From an uncultured Candidatus Saccharibacteria bacterium (GTDB lineage: Bacteria; Patescibacteriota; Minisyncoccia; Phycocordibacterales; CAIZLB01): a stretch of 64,000 nt of DNA. Shown here one piece after another: positions 39,798-48,342 of this stretch (position 1 is the stretch's first letter; each line of letters opens with the position of its first letter). The notes beneath the pieces are model-generated. The model had not been told where the DNA came from. It made no database searches and saw nothing but the letters and a program-made list of their open reading frames with translations. The stretch is from assembly GCA_964520195.1 (NCBI GenBank), contig CAZFNX010000001.1:34421-98420 (forward strand), in the 5' to 3' direction. The position numbers and the translations under genes were made by a program.

Positions 39798-39853
39798 AAT
39801 ATAATTAAAAATCCTTGCATTCGTGATGGACGGCAAGGATTTTTAATTATATT
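39798..39853 (-). repeat. Capped hairpin/terminator of rnr, core on the minus strand (39819-39832)
   Basis: 21-bp perfect stem around attcgtgatggacg. Confidence 0.9.
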
Positions 39854-39858
39854 TTCCC

Positions 39859-41874
39859 TTAAATCTTCAGAACCTCGAAGTCTACACTCTTTGTCTCAAG
39901 GTCTACTCCTCGAAGTCGAACATGAACTACATCACCAAGAGTAATAACTTTTTTTGTATTTTGTCCTATAACTTTATATGTTTTTCTATCGACTTCGAAG
40001 AAATCATTTCCAAGATCTTTAAGTCGTATAAGTCCTTCAGCAAGTGATTCTTTCTCTTGTAGGAAAATTCCAAAGTCAGCAATACCTGAAACAACAACAT
40101 CAAACTCCTGTCCGATACGTGCACTAAGGTATTCAACTTGTTTGTATCGTATACTTGCTCGCTCTGCTTCTGCCGCCTTGACCTCTTGATCAGAAGAAAC
40201 AGTACAAATATCTTCAAGAGAGTCTAGTATAGGTTGAGGAATTGGTTGTTTTGTGAGTATGTATTGCATGATGCGGTGCACACAGAGATCTGGATATCTT
40301 CGAATAGGGGATGTGAAATGAGTATAATATTCAAAAGCTAAACCAAAGTGTCCAATATTGACTGTCTTATAAGCAGCCTTGGCCATAGACCGAAGAGTTG
40401 CTGTTTTAATAGTTGTTTCAGCTGGATGACCTATGGCTTTTTCAAGAAGTTTCTGTATATCTTTAGCGTGAACCTTTTTTCCTGGATGAAAATCAAGTCC
40501 GAGTGCATTTACAAAAATCTCAAGATCTGTGATCTTTTCAGGGTCTGGGGCATCGTGAACACGATACACACCAAGAAGTTTTTTTGTCCCGTGTACATTG
40601 TTCTTAAACATATACTCAGCAACTTCTCGATTGGCCAAAAGCATAAACTCTTCAACAAGATGATTTGTAAAGACTCTGTCTTTTTTATATACCTGAATAG
40701 GAAAACCTTTGTCGTCAAGAATAAACTTAATCTCATCACTCTCAAAATCTATAGCTCCAGCTCGTTTTCGCTCTGCCTGTAGTTGTAATGCATATTCACG
40801 TAGACTAAATAATGCTGGAAATTCTGCTGTATTGCCAGTGTCTAAAACATCCTGAGCTTCTTCATATGAAAATCTTTTATCTGAGTGTATGAGAGTTTTT
40901 CCAAACCATTTTGATACAATCTGTTTATTTGCATCAAATTCAAAAATACTTGAAAAGGCAAATCTGTCCTCGTTAGGGTTTAGACTACACATTCCGTTTG
41001 AAAGCACCTCAGGTAGCATAGGTACTGTTCGATCTACAAGATATACAGAGAAGGCTCGTTTTCGTGCTTCTGTATCAAGTATAGTGCCAGGTCGTACAAA
41101 GTGAGACACATCGGCAATATGTATACCTATTTCAACATTACCATTTGGTAGTGTTTGGAAAGAAAGGGCATCATCAAAATCTTTAGCATCAACTGGATCA
41201 ATAGTGCATGTCCACACATGTCTCATGTCTCTACGAGCATGAATCTCTTCTTCTGTAACTGTTCCATGTTCTTTAACTGATCTCTTAGCATCTTCCTCAA
41301 CAGCAGGTGAGTGCTCCATGGCAAAACCGGCAGCCGCTATAATAGATCTCATTTCTGCTTGATGTTCTCCTTGCATACCAAATATTTCAGTAACACGACC
41401 ATAAAATTCTCGTGTTACTTCCGTGTTCGTATATCCTTCAGGTGTCGGAGTTCGTGTGATTGTAATCTTAGGTTTTTTTGTCCAGTCAATAACTATAAAA
41501 ACTTTTTCTCCAACTTTAACAGGTAGTGATGGATCATTAAGTAGTGTAAATATACAACTGAGTTTTTGGTTATCAGGTTTTGCATGTATACCTTTATCTG
41601 TGATATCTGTAACAATACCAACCATACTTCCACTACCTCGTTTCTGTATTTCAGTTATCTTTCCCTCTATCTCGCCCCATTTATTTGGTTTTGGAAATGT
41701 ATCAACCAGAACGGTGTCTCCAGGAAGTGCATCTAAGATGTATTGTGGAGGTATACCAATAGAATCTTCTTTCTTTGCAGATGGTGTTGATTGACCATTT
41801 GCTGACGTTTGCAAGGGTCTAACGTATCCTTTACCTTTGTTGTTGAGTGCTAAGACTCCTAATATAGAGGGCAT
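39859..41874 (-). CDS. rnr: Ribonuclease R
   Basis: TIDPVDAKDFDDA, HIADVSHFV, EEFMLLAN, HFTSPIRRYPD, C-terminal S1. Confidence 0.95.
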   Translation of the reverse strand: MPSILGVLALNNKGKGYVRPLQTSANGQSTPSAKKEDSIGIPPQYILDALPGDTVLVDTFPKPNKWGEIEGKITEIQKRGSGSMVGIVTDITDKGIHAKPDNQKLSCIFTLLNDPSLPVKVGEKVFIVIDWTKKPKITITRTPTPEGYTNTEVTREFYGRVTEIFGMQGEHQAEMRSIIAAAGFAMEHSPAVEEDAKRSVKEHGTVTEEEIHARRDMRHVWTCTIDPVDAKDFDDALSFQTLPNGNVEIGIHIADVSHFVRPGTILDTEARKRAFSVYLVDRTVPMLPEVLSNGMCSLNPNEDRFAFSSIFEFDANKQIVSKWFGKTLIHSDKRFSYEEAQDVLDTGNTAEFPALFSLREYALQLQAERKRAGAIDFESDEIKFILDDKGFPIQVYKKDRVFTNHLVEEFMLLANREVAEYMFKNNVHGTKKLLGVYRVHDAPDPEKITDLEIFVNALGLDFHPGKKVHAKDIQKLLEKAIGHPAETTIKTATLRSMAKAAYKTVNIGHFGLAFEYYTHFTSPIRRYPDLCVHRIMQYILTKQPIPQPILDSLEDICTVSSDQEVKAAEAERASIRYKQVEYLSARIGQEFDVVVSGIADFGIFLQEKESLAEGLIRLKDLGNDFFEVDRKTYKVIGQNTKKVITLGDVVHVRLRGVDLETKSVDFEVLKI

Positions 41875-41877
41875 GAA

Positions 41878-43116
41878 TTATAGTAATTTTTTAAGATAAT
41901 CAATAAGGTTTGTAAGTTCAACAGATTCCTGAGAAAGGTTTTTCATATTTCGAACCATGACTGAGTTTTGCAGTGCTTCTTTGTGTCCAACAAGCAATAG
42001 ATAGGGAACATTCAATCGTTCTGCATGTTGTAGTTGAGCAGATATTTTCTCTTTAGAGATTGCTTGATGCATTGGTATGTGAGCTGAACGCATCATGTCC
42101 ATAATCTTCAATGTTTTAAATCGTGCCTCAGATCCAAGTTGTGCGTAGAAGAATTTAATATCTACATCTTCTATGATCTTAATTGCTTTTTTAGGTTGAG
42201 CCGCTTTCTTGAGTCCTGCTATTGTAAAACTAATAATAGGCACCTCTTTTTTGTTAAGAATCTTTTTAGCCATGATATCATGTCTACTACCGTGTATGTG
42301 GAGGTAGTCAGCTTGTATGTTAAACACAAGTCCACTTGTCACATCTGGTGATGTAAACAAAAATGGTTGAATACGAAAATTCATATCAAGCGCCTCTATG
42401 TATTCAAGGATCTCTTTAAACTCTGCTCGAGATGCAGCAGAAAGATGATCAATAGGGTTTGGTATTGTCACATCATCTGTTTCAACTCCTTCCTTGTCAG
42501 TCTTTTTTGTTTTTGGTTTTATATGAACTCCGTCTAGAAGTCTATATGCTTCATAGATGTCTTTTTTAACAAGCGCAGCAATATGCTTAGGTAGTGCTGC
42601 TATATTTTTTTTGAAAAAATGTTGCAGCTCTTTGGTAAATTTTTGAATAGATTCTTTGTCTCCTATAAAAGATATTTCCACAAGTATCTCTGCTTTAGGA
42701 CCAAGTATTTCATGTGCGACACTATATCCAGCTTCAATAGCTAGAGCATCGTATATATTTTTCTTTGTGCCAACAAGGTGACACATATAGGTATCTTTAT
42801 CTACACTGTATCCTATGTGTGCAGGAAGAGTGTGTAGTTCAAATGTTTTATCGAGAACTTTTTTCTGTATCTGTAGCGTATCGCATAAGTGTGTATCTTT
42901 AGAATATTTTGCTATGATTTTCTTTTCGAGATCAGTTGTCTGACCTTTCTCTGTTCCTATAAAGCCAAAATGTTGCAGTGTTTTAAATACGTGCATATGT
43001 TCAGCTAATATGCCAGCGCATATATTTTTTTGTTTCTTCTGCTTATCTTCTCCGTTTTTCTGAGAAATGTGAATATGAGTAACTGTTTTTTTCTGTATCT
43101 GAATAACTTTTTTCAT
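41878..43116 (-). CDS. Degenerate HisRS-like protein with class IIa anticodon-binding domain
   Basis: C-terminal QLG..KISAQLQHAERLNVPYLLLVG..V.VRNM..Q; GSRHD resembles GGRYD; motif 2 not recognisable. Confidence 0.65.
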   Translation of the reverse strand: MKKVIQIQKKTVTHIHISQKNGEDKQKKQKNICAGILAEHMHVFKTLQHFGFIGTEKGQTTDLEKKIIAKYSKDTHLCDTLQIQKKVLDKTFELHTLPAHIGYSVDKDTYMCHLVGTKKNIYDALAIEAGYSVAHEILGPKAEILVEISFIGDKESIQKFTKELQHFFKKNIAALPKHIAALVKKDIYEAYRLLDGVHIKPKTKKTDKEGVETDDVTIPNPIDHLSAASRAEFKEILEYIEALDMNFRIQPFLFTSPDVTSGLVFNIQADYLHIHGSRHDIMAKKILNKKEVPIISFTIAGLKKAAQPKKAIKIIEDVDIKFFYAQLGSEARFKTLKIMDMMRSAHIPMHQAISKEKISAQLQHAERLNVPYLLLVGHKEALQNSVMVRNMKNLSQESVELTNLIDYLKKLL

Positions 43117-43123
43117 ATAGTTT

Positions 43124-43699
43124 TTATTGTTGTGTTGTTGTTCCTGTCTCTATTGATCCAGGTAAGAAGCCTATTTGATTAAAAGGGTAAAGTCGTAGAA
43201 CAACCCGTCCCTGAATGTGCTCTTTTTTTAAAATGCCCCAAGATCGAGAATCGTAACTTACCGCTCTGTTGTCTCCCATAACAAAATATTCATCAGCCTT
43301 GAGTGTAGTACTTGCAGTTCGAGGACTTTGGTATGTGACAAAATTTTCAACTTGTTTTACTCCATTTACAAAAGTTTCTGAACCATTTACAACTACAGTA
43401 TCACCAGGAATTCCTATAATACGTTTTATAAATCTATCAGCAGTTCTGTCTTGGATAGGTGGATTAAAGACAATAACATCACCTCGCTTAGGATCTATAA
43501 AATTATATGAAATCTTATCTACGAGAACATAGTCATTTGTATGAAATGTATTATCCATAGATGTTCCACTTACGGTATGAGGCTCAATAACATAGACTCT
43601 AAATACTATAATGAGAGCAAGGTAGATAAAAAAACTCTTCCAAGACATGTCTTTTTTAGTTTTTACAACAACCTCTTCTGTATCTAGCATTTTATCCAT
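43124..43699 (-). CDS. lepB: Signal peptidase I
   Basis: VSGTSM, RGDVIVF, FIKRIIGIPGD, MGDNR..SYDSR. Confidence 0.95.
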   Translation of the reverse strand: MDKMLDTEEVVVKTKKDMSWKSFFIYLALIIVFRVYVIEPHTVSGTSMDNTFHTNDYVLVDKISYNFIDPKRGDVIVFNPPIQDRTADRFIKRIIGIPGDTVVVNGSETFVNGVKQVENFVTYQSPRTASTTLKADEYFVMGDNRAVSYDSRSWGILKKEHIQGRVVLRLYPFNQIGFLPGSIETGTTTQQ

Positions 43700-43722
43700 A
43701 ATACGGCTATTATAGCATATAT

Positions 43723-44277
43723 ATGCAAATCATAATAGGATTAGGAAATAAGGGCTCTGAATACGAAAAAACCCGTCATAATATAGGTCAACACGTGATT
43801 TCAACTATGGTCGCTGAGTACGGTGAAAAATTATCATATGATAAGTATATTTTGTCAAATACTGTAAAAATAGGGCAAAGTTTGTTTGTTATACCGGAAT
43901 TGTATGTGAATGAATCAGGTAAAGTTATGGATAGTTTGTTTAAACATATGCAAGATAAGAATGAGAATACAGAATATAAAGATTTGTTAATTGTTCGAGA
44001 TGATATGGATATGAAAATAGGTGATGTGAAGTTTGTGTATGACAGTGGGAGTGGGGGACATAATGGAATCAAAGATATTGAAGCGCATCTTAAGTCAAAA
44101 AAATATTGGCAGCTTAAAATAGGGATCTTACCAGTAGATTGTGATGGTGTTGTGCAAAAGCCTCATAAAGATGATGTGTCTGATTTTGTGGTGGGTAAGT
44201 TTTCAAAAGAAGAATGGAAACAGATGGAAGAGGTAACAAAGAAGGCGATAGAGAAGGTGAAGGAGTTTATGAAGTAG
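43723..44277 (+). CDS. pth: Peptidyl-tRNA hydrolase
   Basis: IIGLGN, TRHNIG, YVNESG, GGHNGI. Confidence 0.93.
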   Translation: MQIIIGLGNKGSEYEKTRHNIGQHVISTMVAEYGEKLSYDKYILSNTVKIGQSLFVIPELYVNESGKVMDSLFKHMQDKNENTEYKDLLIVRDDMDMKIGDVKFVYDSGSGGHNGIKDIEAHLKSKKYWQLKIGILPVDCDGVVQKPHKDDVSDFVVGKFSKEEWKQMEEVTKKAIEKVKEFMK

Positions 44278-44288
44278 GGTAAATATAA

Positions 44289-44322
44289 AACCCTCGAAGC
44301 GCACGGGTATGCGCTGAGGGTT
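44289..44322. terminator. Hairpin related to the 27611 terminator
   Basis: aaccctc/gagggtt with inner agcgca/tgcgct. Confidence 0.65.
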
Positions 44323-44350
44323 GAAGAAAAAAGAAGAGAGGAGGAGGGGG

Positions 44351-44443
44351 TTAGTGAGCTGAGTTAATCTGAAGCTCTCCTTGATTATCATAAAATTTCC
44401 ACCATTTGTCTTGATCAGGTTTGACCATCTGGTCGATCAACAT
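44351..44443 (-). CDS. Candidate 30-aa small protein MLIDQMVKPDQDKWWKFYDNQGELQINSAH
   Basis: Manually translated ATG..TAA ORF between an AT-rich promoter-like tract and a terminator. Confidence 0.35.
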   Translation of the reverse strand: MLIDQMVKPDQDKWWKFYDNQGELQINSAH

Positions 44444-44522
44444 GCTTTGTTGCATCCAAAGGACTATCCTAAGGAATACAGTATAAATATCACATACATA
44501 TATAAATAACAACTAATACTCA

Positions 44523-44569
44523 AAAACAAAAAAACCTTACTTCGCCTAAGCTGTAAGGTTTTTTGTTTT
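44523..44569 (-). terminator. Terminator downstream of rpsA
   Basis: aaaacaaaaaaaccttac/gtaaggttttttgtttt. Confidence 0.75.
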
Positions 44570-44576
44570 AAGATTG

Positions 44577-45704
44577 TTATTTATTCTCAACCAAGTGTAG
44601 AGTCATTCGTTGTTCACGAGGCTCAAACATGTTGATTTTAAATGTATAACTTTTTCCGATATCAATTTTTTCTTTCATTTTTGCTTCACTTCCAAACTCT
44701 GAGATGTGAACAAGTCCTGAAACTCCTTCTTCTATTGATGCAAGTGCTCCGTGTCGGTTAAACTTGATAATAACACCTTTAACTTCATCATCTTTCTTGT
44801 ATTTTGTTGATGCAAGCTTCCAAGGGTTATCTTTTCGAGCTTTAAGTGACATAGATACTTTACCATCTTTTACGTCAATGATCCGTGCTTTTACTTGATC
44901 ACCAACCTTAAAGAGGATTCGAGGATCTTCAACAAGACCCCAATCAAGCTCTGAGATGTGTGCAAGTCCTTCAAGTTCATCGTTTACTTTGATAAATACA
45001 CCAAAGTCTACTGTTCCTGTAACTACTCCGTCAACATCATCTCCTACAGAATATTTAGCACTCATCTCTGCACTTTTTGCGGCACTGTTTTTATTTGCAC
45101 CACCCATATGTGATCCTGCATCCATACCTCGCTCTGAGAAGATAAGTTTACCTTCTTTTGCATCGGCAGTAATAATACTTAATGACATCTTTTGTCCAAT
45201 AAGCTTTTTGAGCTCATCTTGAATTCTGTCTTTGTTACCATCTTCTACTTTAGGATAGTGTTCAGGTTTTAGTTGTGATGCAGGAAGAAATCCGTGAATA
45301 CCTTGCCATACAATCATAAGTCCACCTTTGTTAGCATCTTGTACAGTCACTTCGAGAGGTGTTTTATCTAGAACAGCTTGTTCAGCTTCTTTCCAGATAA
45401 GTGCTTGTTTAGCTTCTTTAAGTGATAGTTCAATATATCCATCTTCCGTATCGAAACCACAAACTTTTGCTGTAATAAGATCTCCAGGTTGAACCTTTCG
45501 AATAATATCTCGAGCAATCATGAACTCTTTTCCATAGATAACTCCTGTACCGAAAGGTGAGAGGTCTACAAAAAGTCTACTTTTGTGTAATGTAATAACT
45601 TTTCCTTCAATATCATCTCCAATTTTTGGAGGGTTAGCTATGTTTGCAAATTGTGCAAACATAACTGTATTTGTTTCGTCTGGCATATGTGTGTATTTTG
45701 TCAT
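44577..45704 (-). CDS. rpsA: 30S ribosomal protein S1 (short form)
   Basis: Repeated S1 domains: NKGGL..GFLPASQL, DFGVFI..EGLAHISEL, GLVHISE. Confidence 0.9.
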   Translation of the reverse strand: MTKYTHMPDETNTVMFAQFANIANPPKIGDDIEGKVITLHKSRLFVDLSPFGTGVIYGKEFMIARDIIRKVQPGDLITAKVCGFDTEDGYIELSLKEAKQALIWKEAEQAVLDKTPLEVTVQDANKGGLMIVWQGIHGFLPASQLKPEHYPKVEDGNKDRIQDELKKLIGQKMSLSIITADAKEGKLIFSERGMDAGSHMGGANKNSAAKSAEMSAKYSVGDDVDGVVTGTVDFGVFIKVNDELEGLAHISELDWGLVEDPRILFKVGDQVKARIIDVKDGKVSMSLKARKDNPWKLASTKYKKDDEVKGVIIKFNRHGALASIEEGVSGLVHISEFGSEAKMKEKIDIGKSYTFKINMFEPREQRMTLHLVENK

Positions 45705-45839
45705 GTACGGTAGTTTTGTGTTCTTGGAAATGTCTGAAAAGGGAACGCAAGGGTTACAAACCGTATATGTGTTTTATTAATGAATACCACTGGACTATAA
45801 CAAAAAAAAGCTATTTTTGCAAGGCTATGTGATACTCGA

Positions 45840-45885
45840 AAAATAAAAAACCTATGCCAGTTTGAGAGCATAGGTTTTTTATTTT
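45840..45885 (-). terminator. Terminator downstream of rpmA
   Basis: aaaataaaaaacctatgc/gcataggttttttatttt. Confidence 0.8.
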
Positions 45886-45893
45886 TGATAGTC

Positions 45894-46166
45894 TTACTTA
45901 ATGTGAACGACTTTCTTAACTGTAACTGTGTTGTCTATTTTGATTTTTCTTTTTGTGCCGAAAGATACTGTTCCAGCTTTAAGGGCGTATAGAGTATGAT
46001 CTTTACCAACTCCTACATTTTTCCCAGCCATGATTTTAGTACCTCGTTGTCGAACGATGATAGCTCCTGCTTCTGCTTTCTCACCTGCATACATCTTCAC
46101 ACCAAGATATTTTGGTTGTGAATCTTTAAGGTTTTTTGACGATCCTGCCGCTTTTTTGGTTGCCAT
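45894..46166 (-). CDS. rpmA: 50S ribosomal protein L27
   Basis: [34 protein letters not shown]. Confidence 0.97.
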   Translation of the reverse strand: MATKKAAGSSKNLKDSQPKYLGVKMYAGEKAEAGAIIVRQRGTKIMAGKNVGVGKDHTLYALKAGTVSFGTKRKIKIDNTVTVKKVVHIK

Positions 46167-46390
46167 GTGTTTATATTAATATATGTAATTTATGTTTTCT
46201 TTGAAAAATCTTTAACACTACCGTGGTATAGATATGAACATGAGTATATACCATATAATAAAAAAAATCAACAGCGACAGTCGGGAAGTATCGTTCAATA
46301 TACGTCAAGCTAGGGTCTTTATAATACTTCTGACAACTATATTGTTGATACAGGTTAGTATAGGGGTTATGGTCTGGGTTTATGTTGTAT

Positions 46391-46596
46391 AAAAAAGACC
46401 TCTTCCCCCCGACTAACTACGTCTCCTAAGAGTGTGTTTCGGGGCGGAAGAGGAAGTGCGGTTTGGTAGTGGATGAGGTTGTAAGCCTACCTGGCTACCG
46501 TTTTGCCGTGAAGCCAAGGACCTTTCGATCCGGTCTCGGCAAACACATTTATCGACGCCAGCCTAGACGAGCGCGATAAACAAACCATTGTGCACT
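46391..46596 (-). ncRNA. Candidate structured ncRNA A (multi-helix junction plus terminator)
   Basis: TTGACA-16-TAAAGT at 46629-46602; closing helix AGTGC..GGTTTG/CAAACC-GCACT; three internal hairpins including a GAAA tetraloop; GC-rich terminator with T6. Confidence 0.65.
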
Positions 46597-46701
46597 CTTT
46601 AACTTTATCATTGTGAGTTTGTTTGTCAACCATATGAGCATGCTCGGAGACGGTGTGGTATAGGAAGGTATGGAAGGGATATGATTCTCTATAATATAAA
46701 T

Positions 46702-46927
46702 AAAAAAACCAAAGCTCTACTGAGGGCTTCGGGGTGCTTTTTGTTGTGTTGGAATAAATGAAGAGGATCTCCACTTGCCTCATGGAATAAATCTGGATTG
46801 TTGTCCAGACCTTGCTTCACAAGGCAAGTGGATAGACCGGCGTGTCCGCCACCTCCTCTCTACCGCATGCAGTTGCACACGTGTTTATACTCTTGGGTCG
46901 ACCGAACCATCAATAAGGGTCGACTTA
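46702..46927 (-). ncRNA. Candidate structured ncRNA B
   Basis: TTGACA-18-TAATAT at 46962-46933; helices GTCGACC/GGTCGAC, TCCACTTGCCT/AGGCAAGTGGA, TCTGGA/TCCAGA; terminator CCGAAGC/GCTTTGG-T7. Confidence 0.6.
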
Positions 46928-47161
46928 CGGTAATATTAGCATTTCAGGCTTTTTTATGTCAAATACAACAATCAATAGGGTAGGGTAAAGGTAGGGTAAT
47001 AAGAGTAGGGGCTATACGGGGAAATATGACTTATAATCAGTATATAAACAAACATCCCACTATTTCACCTAGATTTGTCATATGTCATATTTTACCATTA
47101 TTTTATAAGGGTAAAATGGTGGGAAAAAATATAGCCAAAATGGCAAAAACCCTCCCACTAC

Positions 47162-47190
47162 TTGCATTTTGGGGTGGAATATGCTAAGAT
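47162..47190 (+). promoter_or_regulatory. sigma70 promoter TTGCAT-17-(TG)TAAGAT for the transglycosylase-like gene
   Basis: Direct reading; leaves a ~145-nt leader with hairpins. Confidence 0.6.
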
Positions 47191-47339
47191 ACTTAGGTCA
47201 CTGTAAGAGTGGCTATTTTATTTGTGCAACGTATATATTTTTTCAGAGGGCTTTCGCGATGAGTTATCTTTCTTACATAACTCCACTCAGTTGGCCATAC
47301 AGACATTGGTAAAAGATATATAAAGATTAACAAGTTAAT

Positions 47340-47840
47340 ATTAAGCTTATTTTACAATTCTCAACCCTTGCGTTTGCAACATTGTTATCAGGTGCAGTTA
47401 TGACTATGCCAGATACATCGTTACAAAATGACGCAACAGTAGCCTCAAGCTCTGTATCAATAACTGAAGTAGCTTCAAGTACTAGACCATTAACAAAAAA
47501 AGAAGTTCAAAAACAACTAAACGCCACAGTTGGTTCATCTGTAAAATCTTATTTTAAGGATGCGCCTATTATGGAAAAAGTAGCATATTGTGAATCAACA
47601 TATATGCAGTTTGATTCAGTTGGTGTAGTTCATCGAGGTATTGTCAACAATAAAGACGTTGGTATATTCCAGATTAATGAAAAATACCACCTAAAACGTT
47701 CTCAAGATTTGGGTATGGATATATACTCAATCGAAGGAAACATGGAATATGCTCGAGTTCTGTATGAAGAACAAGGATTACAACCATGGTCAGCTTCTAA
47801 ACCTTGTTGGGGAAAGTTTCTTGATCTTGCTATCAAGTAA
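47340..47840 (+). CDS. Secreted lysozyme-like/lytic transglycosylase-family protein
   Basis: VAYCES, GIFQINEKYH, GNMEYA..LY..QG.QPW; the frame extends upstream of TTG 47382 to a signal-peptide-like stretch starting at ATT 47340. Confidence 0.8.
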   Translation: MKLILQFSTLAFATLLSGAVMTMPDTSLQNDATVASSSVSITEVASSTRPLTKKEVQKQLNATVGSSVKSYFKDAPIMEKVAYCESTYMQFDSVGVVHRGIVNNKDVGIFQINEKYHLKRSQDLGMDIYSIEGNMEYARVLYEEQGLQPWSASKPCWGKFLDLAIK

Positions 47841-47962
47841 TAACAATAACACCGCCTGTAAAAGGGTGGTGTTTTTGTTTTGTTGCTTAGCGACATGTTC
47901 TAGCTTTAAGACTGTTTGGTGATGTTGCAAAAAACCCTAACATGCGGTACAATAGGCAAATC

Positions 47963-48334
47963 ATGGCACAAACACCACTACCAAAACCAAAAGCTAAGAA
48001 AGCTACACCTGCAAAGGGAACACAGGCTGTTATTAAGACAGGAGGTAAACAATACCGAGTTCAAGAAGGTCAAACTCTTAAAGTTGAGAAGATTCTTGGT
48101 GATTTTAAAGTAGGAGACAAAGTAACATTTGATATGGTACTTCTAACAGATGATGGTTCAGCTATCACTCTTGGAACCCCATCTATCAAAGGTAAAAGTG
48201 TTTCTGCTACTATCACAGATATCGACCGATCTGCAAAAGTTATTGTTGGAAAGTTTAAACAAAAGAGTAAATATTTTGTTAAAAACGGTCACCGACAACC
48301 TTTCTTTGAAGTTAAGATTGATTCAATCAAATAA
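47963..48334 (+). CDS. rplU: 50S ribosomal protein L21
   Basis: AVIKTGGKQYRV, GHRQP. Confidence 0.97.
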   Translation: MAQTPLPKPKAKKATPAKGTQAVIKTGGKQYRVQEGQTLKVEKILGDFKVGDKVTFDMVLLTDDGSAITLGTPSIKGKSVSATITDIDRSAKVIVGKFKQKSKYFVKNGHRQPFFEVKIDSIK

Positions 48335-48342
48335 AGAAACTC

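Noticed and set aside
39819-39832. ATGGA in the reverse strand of the cap as a CsrA site
   Set aside because: G-T wobble and gene orientation favour the CCATC strand, and the sites are at 3' ends rather than ribosome-binding regions
46391-46927. RNase P, tmRNA, SRP or c-di-GMP riboswitch identity
   Set aside because: Hallmarks (GAGGAAAGUCC, tRNA-like ends with tag frame, SRP helix-8 loop, full GEMM consensus) not found by eye; cmscan is still needed
46487-46983. 98-aa (-) and 61-aa (+) ORFs from the track
   Set aside because: They cross predicted promoter/terminator boundaries and have no recognisable motifs; the region is better explained as structured RNA
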